A program made the position numbers and the translations under genes. The notes under the pieces are model-generated. The model had not been told where the DNA came from, searched no databases, and was given only the letters and a program-made list of their open reading frames with translations. From NCBI GenBank assembly GCA_950097015.1, contig CATNEN010000038.1, positions 18,166,001-18,230,000 of the forward strand: a stretch of DNA of 64,000 nt, given 5' to 3'. This DNA comes from Macrostomum hystrix (Eukaryota; Animalia; Platyhelminthes). Shown here piece after piece: positions 37,001 to 49,100 of the stretch. Position 1 is the stretch's first letter, and each line of letters begins with the position of its first letter.

Positions 37001-40000
37001 AGAACCAGATTAATATGCTATGCTATAGCTGTTTTTTATATGTACAGTCACCATATAAATAGCCATTTCATTTTGTTTTCTGTACGGTCATCTACTATGT
37101 CTAAGGCAATTCTATGGCATCCTAGACTATGGCAGAGCTTCAATCAAATGATTCGGCTTAGTAATTTTGAGTAAATAAAAAAACTGGTTTTAGCTAGCTG
37201 AATCTTTCCTATTAATGCTGAAAACTAAGCAGATCAATATTTATTGGCAAATTTTGTCAGTTTTTTTTGCTCAGAAATATTGTTTTTGCACTAAAACAGA
37301 CTCATTGACTAATTGTTTTTGGACAATGCAAAAATATTTTTCCCTGATCCCTTTGCAAAACTCAAAATCTGTTTGCTACTTACATCAAAACCCAGCACAC
37401 ATACAGTCAGGAAGAAATTCACACATGACACTATTAGTTAGCAGCATTGAATCTAGAGAGCTGATTAGGCAAGCAGTTGCATTCACTTAATAGGATACCA
37501 CACTGCTTGAAATGTCTCAATGTTTCTGATTTTTCCCGTATTGTCTTACAGTATCTCAATTTCTTGATTTCTTCTCATCTAAACTCCTGTCTCCTTTCAA
37601 ACCCATTGAAAGGTTTACTTACATATCAATGTAAGTAAATTGATATTCACCTATCATAAAGCTTTGTTGGTAGTCTTGTTATTCTTGTAAGTCATTTTGT
37701 TGACCAATATTCTTTAAATATTACTAAATGAATATGCAAGTAGTATTTTAAGCATTTTATTAACTTTTTTAATTAATCCATTAGGTTAAGTAGATTGAAT
37801 AAATGTAGTTGTCATCCTTCAACTTACAGAGACTAAGGTTTTGAATTTTTTTTATAGTTCATTAGTTGTTAATGAGGCTGCTTTTTTGTCAAAGTTAAAT
37901 GAAATATTATGAAGAAGCAAATTTAATATGCTATGCTAAAGATGCTGCATAGCATTTTTTTTCAAATTTTATCTTGTGGACTAAACAACTAAATCTAGTT
38001 GTGTCCGGAAATTTTGGTAGAGATTCATTTGCAATTCAGCAAGTGTTATGCCTCATAAATGTACAAGTAGAACAAAAGAGGCTACTTCTTATAGTTCAAA
38101 TCGTACATAAACACACCATTACAAAGGTATTCAATATGTAAAACTCAATTAGAAGCTAAATAAAGTATTGGTCCCAAAACCATTGCATATTGCAATCAGA
38201 TTACAAACTTGTAGTTCTAAATGTTGTTAATGTCTTCTGCTGGGTCCCTGACTTAAGTGTTTGTGCCTCATCTGACTCGCTCTTTAACTCTGGCCGTCGA
38301 CCAGTCTTCCGTCGATCTATGTGCCAGACGGTAGCTAGCCGAATTATTAATTCGACAAACTCAAATGTACTAATTAGAGACACGCCTAGCCATAGACCAA
38401 GGATGCCGCCAATGTCTGAAAATAGATTCCGGGCTGGATAAGCCCAGCCTTCATTCACCATATTGCCCATTGTCGAGTGACTGTAGATGTTAAGCTTCAA
38501 GAAGCTGTGGATTCCAGTGCTGGGCTCATTCACTAGCGTCTGCCGCATTTCATCCAGCACACTGTCGTCTAGGGAGTCCTCCTTTGCCAATAGAGCTGTC
38601 TCTTCTACAGATTTAAGCAGGGCCAATGTTGACTCGCCATAGTCGCTAGGCCATGTATTCTGCGTTAATCGCATCTCGTACTGTAGATTTGTACAGCCGA
38701 TAGAGCAGTTGGCCCGGTCAGCTGCTGTCAGGCTGTGTATTGTGCGCACCGCTTCGTCGTGGCACGCTCTCCGGCTGGTGTTGCTGCCTATGTCTGGCGC
38801 TGTGCCATCTCCGCCGTGATGAATTCTGTGACAGAATTTGTCACGAAAGTCATCTTTCTGATGCTGATAGATTGCTGGCAATGGTAGCATCTCGGAGAGG
38901 CATTTGCACGTTTTGTTTAGATAGTCCTGATAGCGGTAGATTGAACAATCAGTTACGCTGTACCTGTATTGACGTCGATTACCATAGCAGTCGAGGAACT
39001 CAATGTTAGGCAGATAGTCTTCTTCGATGCATGGTCGCGTCTGTTTGCTTAATACAGTCTCTTTTGTGTACGACAGCTGGGCGTAAGTATTTGTTCCCTT
39101 CTGTATATAGAAGCCATCCATCATATTTGGCCGAGTTCCTGGCTCATGAATGACAACCCGATAGCCAATAGAGAAGCTAAGTGATTCCTCCTCTGTGATG
39201 AAGTTCTTGCCGTCGCCACCGTACAGAATGACGATGAGGCCGCCTTCCTTTTCGCCGCCAACAATTAGATGTCGATCTTTTGGTGAAAATGTGTAGCAGC
39301 TAATGTATTCTGGGTCAACGTATTCAATAAAGTCTCGATAAGAGCATGTGGCGCCGGTGTAACGGCAGTGTACAATCATGTCCTGTTTCTGCTTAGTAAT
39401 GTTTACCAAATGCAGGTAGCCTTTGAGCGAGTTTCTAAGATCTCCGTTAATAGCACTGTTGTTCTGATGCGGATTTACTGGATCCCAGTAATTTCTTATT
39501 TTTTCGATCAGCTGAGTAATCGTGAAATTGGTCCCTTCGATTTTCGGATTTCTATTGAATCTTATCAGACTCAATTGGCTAGTTGAGCAAACGGTTACGT
39601 CGGGAAATACAAACTGTGTACTATAAACCTGTGTCTCTGTGTTCACTGGGGACTGATAAAACCGACTGATAAGGAAGCACAGGTGAACGGTGAAGCCAAC
39701 AGTAGCTGATATAATTATTAGCATCCAGGCTAAGCGGTGCAGGATACTGCTAGTTTGAAAGATCTTATGAAATCCATGCGCGCTAGTGCAGTCGCAGAAA
39801 TCCTTTAGCAAGCGAATTGATGGCGTGTCCACCACCAACGCCTCACAGTGCGGTAGGTGCTCTGCACATTCGTCGATCTGGCTATTACGAGCCAGCCAAT
39901 CCACTTTCCATCGGTCGGCGAAGTCCGCCGGCGGTTGCTGATTATCCAGACAGATGATAGACTTGATGGTGCACGGACTCGGGTGGTCGTTTAGATTCGG

Positions 40001-42629
40001 GTTGCCGTCGATATCTGCATTAGCAATTGTGCTGTTGTCATTTAACTCTGAGACTTCCAACTGGTTCGATTGACTATGCCCTGGCATCTTGTTTGCCGAT
40101 GCGCTTGGTTATGATGGAAACATGAATTTTGTTATCGTTTGAATTTCCACTTTTTATTTTAAACGTGGACTAAGAAAGTGAACTTCAATATTCAAAATTC
40201 CCATTGCAATCGACTTCGTTTGCTTTCTGTCTGTAAATACTCGATCCCAGATATGTTCTGTAGCCAAATCTCTCTCTTCCCTCTCTAAAGTCTATTGGTT
40301 CCCTTAGATTCTCCCAATCCGAGCAAGGCTGGTAGCTATTTTTCTGCAGGGCACTCCGCGTGACCGCTTATCTTTTGATGCCAGTCAGTGTTGACCCGGG
40401 TTGAATTTTTGTGCATATTGGTCAAATCATTTGCTTTTTTGTATGCAGTATGAAGAATCATTTTTGTAATTGGTAAATTATGCAAAGTACTTGCTTCGGT
40501 TCAATACTTCTAAAAATATCTAGCTATAGCCTTCCCAAAATGTATGTTCTGAGCCTTCATCTACCTAAGTCCCTAGGTAGCATTCGAAAGTTAAACTTGC
40601 TCAGTTACACTTGCTTTCCCCAGCTCCATTGTTTCCAGTCTCCCAGTCGCTGCAATTTCGCCGCACATCCAAAGACTGTGTACCGTTGTTCAGTCCATGA
40701 ACTAGGAGGCCACTACTGCCACTCAAATCTCATTCCTTGTTGCCTCTCTGAGTTAGTTCTAGGCTACAAGCAAGCCAGGTTTAAAGAAAATAGTTGAAAT
40801 CTATAAGTGATTTCATTATTATTTTATAAATTTTACCTTTCAAGGTCTCTAATTTCTTGTCACTTTCTTCTCATTTCAGTAACTTGGATCCGTTGACGGA
40901 GACCGTATCCTTTTGTAGATAATTTGTCCATTAGCTACACATTCTGGTGGATTAATCTAGCTTATATTTGCTAATGCGATCTGTTATTTTTAAAGCCAAA
41001 TAAGCCGGACAGCCAGACAGATATTATACAATAAAATATCCATTAGCTTGATGTGTTCACTTTTGTTAATAGTAATAAAATTACGTATTCAGTTGATAAG
41101 AACAATTTCCTTACATTACTTGAACCATAAAACATGTGTAACAAATTAGTACGGCTTGTCCTTCTATCTCACCTATCTGGTGCACTGGCCGGAGTACTTC
41201 AAGATTGCTGAATCCGCCGATGGCCGTGTGATGGGCTACGGTGAGCGCTTGCAATTTAATTTGTTCGAAATTTTATCAGCGGCTTCACGATGAACTGAGC
41301 TGATGTTTAACAATGATCATCATTTTACGCAGTTATGGGCAAATCGGAGGGCTACAATGAGAAATGGCACGGTCACGTGACTGCGCTTTCTGTGGCGCCG
41401 GAATATCGCCGATTAGGCCTGGCCGGCAAGCTGATGGCCGGCTTGGAGGAAGTGTCTGAAAGGTGAGCAGTTCGTGCTTGCAGTTTCTGTAAATCCTCAC
41501 TAATTTTTAAGGGCTAAGTTTCATTTACCTGTTGTTCTTGATTCTTGCGAAATTGCACATCGAATCTTACATTTGTAAATCTTACATTCAATGAACCCAA
41601 TATTCCCTGAACCCAATATCCCTGAACTCAATACTCACTGAACCCAATACCTCCCTGAACCCAATATTCCCTGAACCCAATATTCCCTGAACCCAATACC
41701 TCCCTGAACCCAATATTCCCTGAACCCAATATTCCCTGAACCCAATATCCCTGAACCCAATATCCCTGAACCCAATATCCCTGAACCCAATATCCCTGAA
41801 CTCAATATTCCCTGAACCCAATACCTCCCTGAACCCAATATTCCCTAAACCCAATATCCCTGAACCCAATATCCCTGAACCCAATATTCCCTGAACCCAA
41901 TATTCCCTGAACCCAATACCTCTCTGAACCCAATACCTCTCTGAACCCAATATTCCCTGAACCCAATATTCCCTGAACCCTATACCTCTCTGAACCCAAT
42001 ATTCCCTGAACCCAATATTCCCTGAACCCTATACCTCTCTGAACCCAATATTCCCTGAACCCAATACCTCTCTGAACCCAATATTCCCTGAACCCAATAC
42101 CTCCCTGAACCCAATATTCTCTCACATTCCCTGACCCTCACATTCCCTGACCCTCACATTCCCTGACCCTCACATTCCCTGACCCTCACGTTCCCTGACC
42201 CTCACATTCACGGAACCAAAAATCCCCTGAAACTTAATTCCCTGAACCTAACGTTTTCCGAGCCTCAAATTCCCTGAACCCAACATTCCCCAACCGTCAC
42301 CATTTTTTCAACTTCATAGACTTCAATACGAAAGCTAATCAACATGATAACATAAAATCAGTGGTCAACAATGTCCATTGGTTTTCAGAAAGCGAGCCTA
42401 CTTTGTTGACCTATTCGTTCGCGTATCGAACGATGTCGCCGTGACTCTTTACAAGAAGCTTGGCTATACAGTCTATCGCCGAGTTCTAGAATATTACTCG
42501 GGCAATTCTTCGCCAATGTTTGAACAAGACGAAGACGCGTTTGATATGAGAAAATCGCTTAGCAGAGATCCGGAGCGGAAGTCTATGATACCTCTAGATA
42601 AACCTGTGAGACCGGAGGATGTTGATTGA
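34050..42629 (+). CDS. NAA20: N-alpha-acetyltransferase 20 (NatB catalytic subunit), 179 aa, 5 exons
   Basis: Exons 34050-34102, 40880-40904, 41150-41240, 41333-41462, 42389-42629 give MTTIRPF..DLFKIANVNLDPLTETYGLSFYLTYLVHWPEY..GYVMGKSEG..WHGHVTALSVAPEYRRLGLA..YFVDLFVRVSN..DEDAFDMRKSLSRD. Confidence 0.96.
34538..35045. mobile_element. Mutator-like MITE related to 32868-33445
   Basis: TIRs GGAAACAGTCCATTTCGGCGACA / TGTTGCCAAAATGGACCAGATTCC with repeated CATTTCGGCGACAA. No clear TSD. Confidence 0.6.
35615..36103. mobile_element. MITE with CCC termini and 8-bp TSD
   Basis: CCCTATTGGAGC..TGCGGACA / TGTCCGCA..GCTCTATTAGGG; perfect TSD GGCCCCAT at 35607-35614 and 36104-36111. Confidence 0.75.
38201..40087 (-). 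CDS. DEG/ENaC (ASIC/FaNaC-like) sodium channel subunit, intronless, 628 aa
   Basis: TSAHG gating motif, TM1, FPDVTVC, Cys-rich thumb (CKC..C..C), and TM2 LFSDIGGILGLWLGVSLISTFE carrying the GxS filter. Confidence 0.95.
   Translation of the reverse strand: MPGHSQSNQLEVSELNDNSTIANADIDGNPNLNDHPSPCTIKSIICLDNQQPPADFADRWKVDWLARNSQIDECAEHLPHCEALVVDTPSIRLLKDFCDCTSAHGFHKIFQTSSILHRLAWMLIIISATVGFTVHLCFLISRFYQSPVNTETQVYSTQFVFPDVTVCSTSQLSLIRFNRNPKIEGTNFTITQLIEKIRNYWDPVNPHQNNSAINGDLRNSLKGYLHLVNITKQKQDMIVHCRYTGATCSYRDFIEYVDPEYISCYTFSPKDRHLIVGGEKEGGLIVILYGGDGKNFITEEESLSFSIGYRVVIHEPGTRPNMMDGFYIQKGTNTYAQLSYTKETVLSKQTRPCIEEDYLPNIEFLDCYGNRRQYRYSVTDCSIYRYQDYLNKTCKCLSEMLPLPAIYQHQKDDFRDKFCHRIHHGGDGTAPDIGSNTSRRACHDEAVRTIHSLTAADRANCSIGCTNLQYEMRLTQNTWPSDYGESTLALLKSVEETALLAKEDSLDDSVLDEMRQTLVNEPSTGIHSFLKLNIYSHSTMGNMVNEGWAYPARNLFSDIGGILGLWLGVSLISTFEFVELIIRLATVWHIDRRKTGRRPELKSESDEAQTLKSGTQQKTLTTFRTTSL
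40905..41149 (+). other. U12-type (minor spliceosome) GT-AG intron in NAA20
   Basis: 5' site GTATCCTTTT; branch-like TTTCCTTAC at ~41106-41114; purine-rich 3' end with no polypyrimidine tract. Confidence 0.75.
41590..42290 (+). repeat. 16-18 bp intronic minisatellite
   Basis: Tandem CCCTGAACCCAATATT variants grading into CCCTGACCCTCACATT. Confidence 0.93.
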
Positions 42630-43311
42630 CAACATGTTTATTCAATGATAAAAGTTTCTTTAAAATTTGCTTCTAGACCTATAATTTAATTTCATTCAGT
42701 TACTTAATTAACTTATCAGCTGTAATGAGTTCTAGCTTAGCATAGTACTAGCATAGTGTTTAGTTATTTCACAAGTTGTGCTTTAATATGTTAGTTCATT
42801 TTTAACAGAAGTGGTAAGAAAATAGAATGACTGCATGACTTCTTTTGAAATATAATGACAAATTGAAAGTAAATTTCGTTAGTTCATTTTGCTATTTTTT
42901 TTTCAACTGCAGCTGTTCACGCGAGGTCAATAATGTTTCAAATTTCAGCTTTTATGCCTCGCACTATTAGAATGTTCTTAGAAATTGGCTTTCACACGCT
43001 TTGCGGCAAGCTGTTGCAGGTTGGGTTCTGTTAAAATTTAACTTCTTTAACGTATCCTATTGCACTAGCGGGTTTAAGAAAAAAAACGAATTTCTGTTCT
43101 TTTAAGTAGCCGCTCTTCTCGAATTCTTTTTTTAATTCGCAAGCTTTTTCAGTTTTTCGTTTTCTTCTAGAATATAAGACAGAAATCGTTCCTGTATTGT
43201 CAGCCCGTCTAATAGTGACAGATGTCTTCGTTTTAAACAAATGCATGTTAGCTAGCTTCTTTTGCAGATAGATGTTTTACAACAGTATCTAAATGTATTT
43301 TTAGTTATTGG

Positions 43312-44705
43312 TCAGTCTTTAAGCCTGTCAAATTGTCCCAGCCAGTCTGTAAGCCTGTCAAATTGTCCCAGCCAGTCTGTCAAACTGTCCCAGCCAGTCT
43401 GTATGTCTGTCAAGTTGTCCCAGCCAGTCTGTAAGTCTGCTTACTCTCCCAGCCAGTCTGTCAAGTTTTCCTAGCGAGTCTGTCAGTCTGTCAAACTGTC
43501 CCAGCCAGTCTGTATGTCTGTCAAGTTGTCCCAGCCAGTCTGTAAGTCTGTCAAACTGTCCCAGCCAGTCTGTAAGTTTGCCAAACTTCCCCAGCCAGTC
43601 TGTAAGTCTGTCAAGTTGTCCCAGCCAGTCTGTAAGCCTGTCAAATTGTCCCAGCCAGTCTGTAAGTCTGTCAAATTGTCCCAGCCAGTCTGTAAGTCTT
43701 CAAACTGTCCCAGCAAGTCTGTAAGTCTGCCAAACTGTCCCAGCCAGTGTGTAAGTCTGCCTAACTCTCCCAGCCAGTCTGTCAAGTTATCCTAGCGAGT
43801 CTGTCAGTCTGTCAAACTGTCCCAGCCAGTCTGTAAGTCTGTCAAGTTGTCCCAGCCAGTCTGTAAGTCTGTCAAGTTGTCCCAGCCAGTCTGTAAGTCT
43901 GTCAAATTGTCTCAGCCAGTCTGTAAGTTTGCCAAACTTCCCCAGCCAGTCTGTAAGTCTGTCAAGTTGTCCCAGCCAGTCTGTAAGCCTGTCAAATTGT
44001 CCCAGCCAGTCTGTAAGTCTGTCAAATTGTCCCAGCCAGTCTGTAAGTCTTCAAACTGTCCCAGCAAGTCTGTAAGTCTGCCAAACTGTCCCAGCCAGTG
44101 TGTAAGTCTGCCTAACTCTCCCAGCCAGTCTGTCAAGTTATCCTAGCGAGTCTGTCAGTCTGTCAAACTGTCCCAGCCAGTCTGTAAGTCTGTCAAGTTG
44201 TCCCAGCCAGTCTGTAAGTCTGTCAAGTTGTCCCAGCCAGTCTGTAAGTCTGTCAAATTGTCTCAGCCAGTCTGTAAGTCTGTCAAATTGTCCCAGCCAG
44301 TCTGTCAAACTGTCCCAGCCAGTCTGTAAGTCTGTCAAGTAGTCCTAGCCAGTCTGTCAAGTCTGTCAAATTGTCCCAGCCAGTCTGTCAAACTGTCCCA
44401 GCCAGTCTGTATGTGTGTCAAACTGTCCCAGCCAGTCTGTAAGTCTGTCAAGTTGTCCCAGCCAGTCTTAAAGCCTGTCAAATTTTCCCAGCCAGTCTGT
44501 AAGTCTGTCAAGTTGTCCCAGCCAGTCTTTAAGCCTGTCAAATTGTCCCAGCCAGTCTGTCAAGTCTGTCAAATTGTCCCAGCCAGTCTGTCAAATTGTC
44601 CCAGCCAGTCTGTCAAATTGTCCCAGCCAGTCTTTAAGCCTGTCAAATTGTCCCAGCCAGTCTGTCAAGTCTGTCAAACTGTCCCAGCCAGTATGTGAGT
44701 CTGTC
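43312..44705 (+). repeat. 30-bp (22/30 variant) intergenic minisatellite
   Basis: Tandem CTGTCAAATTGTCCCAGCCAGTCTGTAAGT with a ~351-bp block duplication. Confidence 0.95.
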
Positions 44706-45284
44706 ACCTTACATCGTCAAGTTGCTTCAGCTTGTCTGTAAGTCTGTTAATTTGTCCCAACCGTAAACTAGTATTCAATTTAGCGCAGTTTGGAAATTCG
44801 ATTTGACGACGTGTACTAAATGTCAATTCAGATGGGATATACAAAAGTTCAAGTTAGCACTAGTGTAGCTCAGTAGAACATCAACGATGGCTCTTATCTC
44901 TTTGATTTTTGTCTCCTAACCTGCCAGTTTGCTGGCTTCTTGTTTATCTCCCATTCAATAGTCTGAACCTGTGGTGTATAGATTTCTATTAAGCTGCTGC
45001 GCGCCATATATGCATTTTACTATGATGACATTTCGCACAGCAGATTCGCTAATAGAATAAATTCTAGACTGCTGGTTCCATAAAATAGAATAACAGATTG
45101 GATGGGATTTTAGTGATTATAATAAAGGCTTCGTTTATTATATACTACAACAGGCGCTACGATTAACATTCGAATGAATATATATAGAAAGTTTGCTCTG
45201 GTGTTGACTGATGCCTTGTCCGTTAGAGAGACAACGCTATTAATAGTAATATACTTAAATTTATTATTAACGGCAGTGTAATCT

Positions 45285-45704
45285 CCCGCTAAAAAATAGG
45301 GATGTTTCTTTGGGTGATTCCAGTTGGAATCTGCGGTGTTTCCAGAAAAAGAAACAGCCGAACGCTGGAAACATACCAATCGGATGATTCCATGCTTAGT
45401 ATCTATCCAACTGGGCGTTTTCTCGGTGCTTCTTGGTGGCGAAATGGAATCACCCAAAGAATCCTCCAGTTCGGAAGATTCCATGCTCAGAAACCGCCGA
45501 GGAATCGCCCGTAAATAAGTCTCTGGTTGTCCCATGGGCCACTGTTTCGGGTGATTCTTCGGCGGTTTCCGCACAATTTACGGTTACATCGGCTGCTTCC
45601 TGGGTGGTTTCTTTAACTCTTGCGAGATAGGGGGGATTTTGGTAGATTCCACTCCTATTTTGCACAAAAAACCCGCCGAAGAAGCAGCCGATTTTTTTAC
45701 AGGG
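45285..45704. mobile_element. CMC/EnSpm-like MITE
   Basis: Ends CCCGCTAAAAAATAGG / CCGATTTTTTTTACAGGG, 2-bp TSD CT, internal repeats GAAACCGCCGA in both orientations. Confidence 0.6.
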
Positions 45705-45849
45705 CTAGACTGATTGATGACCTACCATTCTGTGTGCTTATATAGCTATATCTAAAGTAGATTACATATAAATAATTTTTCTAAACTGGTATTGCATGTT
45801 GTCCACGAAAATTATTAGATTAGATTCCCCCCCCTAGATAGACTTTGCA

Positions 45850-46045
45850 CTCTAGATGTGCGTTCAAAGGTTGCGTACAGCTGTTCTGTCCGTGGACAGG
45901 GGAGGTCACTTTTCAACACCTACGAGTATTTGAAATACCCCCCGTGATTTTTCTCCAGGGGGAAAAAGCGTGGTTTTTTCTACTGTTAAGGACACAAATT
46001 ACTCCGTTTTGGCTGAGATTCGAACTATCGACCTCTGGGTCAAAG
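45850..46045 (-). mobile_element. Diverged SINE copy
   Basis: Reverse-complement similarity to 47583-47800: B-box GTTCGAATC, ATTTGTGTCCTT, and the GTCCRTGGAC palindrome. Confidence 0.55.
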
Positions 46046-46149
46046 TTAAATCAAAGCCCCAAAAGACAAGCAACAGTTTTTTTTACATTTTACAAACTTA
46101 AAAAATTGCAGCATTTGATTAATAAGCCAACTGAACAAAGCAAGCGTAA

Positions 46150-49100
46150 ATGACTATTTTGCATTTAAACGCCGGTTTAGTTAAATCGGCACTGGCACTA
46201 GTTGTCATAGCAACCGTTGCCTACTACGCCAATAGGCGCTACTTACAGCCGGCCCTAGTGATGGAGGGCAGTTCATCGTATGAATTCCGGCCTGTGGCCA
46301 GACAATTTAAACAAATAATTGAGAGTCGAGCAGACTCCGGCGCCGGCTTTGCCGTCTATCACCGAGGCGAGGCCGTGCTGGAGATGACTGCCGGCTACAG
46401 AGATTGGGAATACGCGGTGCCCTGGTCGCACAGCACTCTCACCTACGGCATGTCCATTTGTAAGGCTGTGGCAGCCATGTGCGTGGCTCAGCTAGTGGAC
46501 AGGGGCCTAGGTAGTTACGCCGATCCAGTGGCCAAGTTTTGGCCCGAGTTTGGTCAGGCTGGCAAAGACAACATCACGCTGAGGCAGTTGCTGTCCCATC
46601 AGGTTTGTGTGCAAATTGGAATAAACAGCCGCAGCTATTGCGTGCCGGTTTATAAAGACAGTGTACAGCTGTTCAGTCCATGGACTGGGTGGCCATACCC
46701 ACCCGAATTTCTACCTTAGCTGATGCTGGTACACATTTTATTGTTTGGCGAGCTGGGGCATTGGGGAATTTAGGGTATTGCTCAAGGAGACAAATTGTTG
46801 TACTTGGATTTATTATAGATTCGAACTAACAACCTCTCTTCTATTCTAGGGAGGTTGTAGCCAAGTGGTAAGATCGTCGGAATCACGACTTTAAGGTCGG
46901 GGGTTCGATTCCAGACTCCAATCTAGAACCTACTGAAAGAAAGTTTAATTAACTGTTTCAGCCTGTGGCTTCTGAATAGTTGAGTTTATATTATTTTCTC
47001 TTAATAATGCACCCAGCAATCACAATAAATCCCTAGGCTGGCCTGATTGGCTTAAATAGGCGACTGAAGTTCAGCGAGATTGCGGAAAATTCGCCCGAAT
47101 TGTCCGAACTATTGGCTAAACAGGCACCGAGCACTGCCATTGGTGAGCTTGCTGTGCTCTGTACACATTTCACTGCTTGTTATCGCTCTTCGTAATCCCT
47201 TTTTAACCTATGTTTTCTTTTAGAGAGGTTGTAGCCTTGTGAGAGGTTGTAGCATTGTGAGAGGTTGTAGCCTTGTGAGAGGTTGTAGCCTTGTGAGAGG
47301 TTGTAGCCTTGTGAGAGGTTGTAGCCTTGTGAGAGGTTGTAGCCTTGTGAGAGGTTGTAGCCTTGTGAGAGGTTGTAGCCTTGTGAGAGGTTGTAGCCTT
47401 GTGAGAGGTTGTAGCCTTGTGAGAGGTTGTAGCCTTGTGAGAGGTTGTAGCCTTGTGAGAGGTTGTAGCCTTGTGAGAGGTTGTAGCCTTGTGAGAGGTT
47501 GTAGCCTTGTGAGAGGTTGTAGCCTTGTGAGAGGTTGTAGCCTTGTGAGAGGTTGTAGCCTTGTGAGAGGTTGTAGCCTTGTGGTTAGAGCGTCGGACTC
47601 ACGACTAAAGGTCGGAGGTTCGATTCCTGACTCCACTGGAACAATTTGTGTCCTTTAGCAAGACACTTAACTCTGCATTGCTTCAGTTCACCCAGCTGTT
47701 AAATAGGTACCAGCATTAGCTGGGATAATTGAAGGTGGGTGTGGCGTCCCCCCAGTCCATGGACTGATCTGCCGTACGCAGCCTTCAGATGCGCCGCGCA
47801 ATAGCTGCAGCTGCACACCTGGTTTAATGTTCCCAGATGGGATTATTTTGAAGGGGATTTCTTGTGGGATAATGGGATCGTCTTTTATAGTGATTTGTAG
47901 GAGTGCACCATCATAAGGCTAGTTGGCTTTCTAATTTTCCTAGAAGAAGACTGTTCTACACTTTCTCGTTCTATTTGCCCGACAGTAAAAAAAGTTTTCT
48001 TCTCCTGTGTTTAGTAAACCGAGACGAGACGAGATTTTTTGCGCAAGGAGTTTTAGGAAAATTCTTTTTTTGTCTACTAGTGATTGGACAGACGAGACTA
48101 ATTGACTGCCAGTTCGGGTTGAAGCCTAGCATCTTTTGGGATTTCTATATTCGGTGCAAGAATGAGGAGTAATTGCTTTGGGGATTTTGCAATAAAAATA
48201 TTCATCTTGTTAAGCTTGTCCATCTTGGATTGAAGATTTTAATTAATCTCTTAATTAAACAGAAGTTCAAACGTAGTCGTTGGTTCGATTTCTGCTGCTA
48301 TATCCTGGTTTATTGTTTGTTGACTTATAAGGATTATCAGCACAGCTGCGCAATTTGCATTAAAAGTCAATCTAACTAAACTAAAAATAACTTTTCCGTA
48401 TGGGCAATTTTGTGTTTACTTTACAGATCTAATCTGTGGAAACTTCAGAAAAAAAGAGGATAAAAAATAGGGACCACCACAAAAAGGGCAACGTTTCTTT
48501 CTTTCAGAAATGTCAGCTGACAGTTCTTTGCCGTGTTCTAAAAGTCAAAAGCACAATTGACAGATTCTGTCAGTCGCGATCTTTTTTTCGGCTGCTGTTC
48601 TTACATATTTCCTCTATACTTGCCTCTGGTCTTCTATCCTGTCTGACTGACTGCTTTTTAGCTGTCTTTATCAATCTCATTCCTGTCTGTCCATCTGTCT
48701 GTCTGTATCAATCTTCTACCTGTCTGTCTATCTATCTGTCTGTATCAATCTCCTACCTGTCTGTCTGTATCAATCTCCTACCTGTCAGTCTGTATCAATC
48801 TCCTACCTGTCTGTCTGTATCAATCTCCTACCTGTCTGTCCACCTGTCTGTCTGTATCAATCTCCTACCTGTCTGTCTGTATCAATCTCCTACCGGTCTG
48901 TCTGTATCAATCTCCTACCTGTCTGTCTGTATCAATCTCCTACCTGTCAGTCCACATGTCTGTCCGTATCAATATCCTACCTGTCTGTCCACCTGTCTGT
49001 CCGTATCAATCTCCTACCTGTCAGTCCACCTGTCTGTCTGTATCAATCTCCTACCTGTCAGTCCACCTGTCTGTCCGTATCAATCTCCTACCTGTCTGTC

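Noticed and set aside
46850-46920. Functional tRNA gene (also 10653-10732 and 47565-47636)
   Set aside because: A and B boxes are present but the stems pair poorly, and the 46850/47565 heads belong to a dispersed SINE family.
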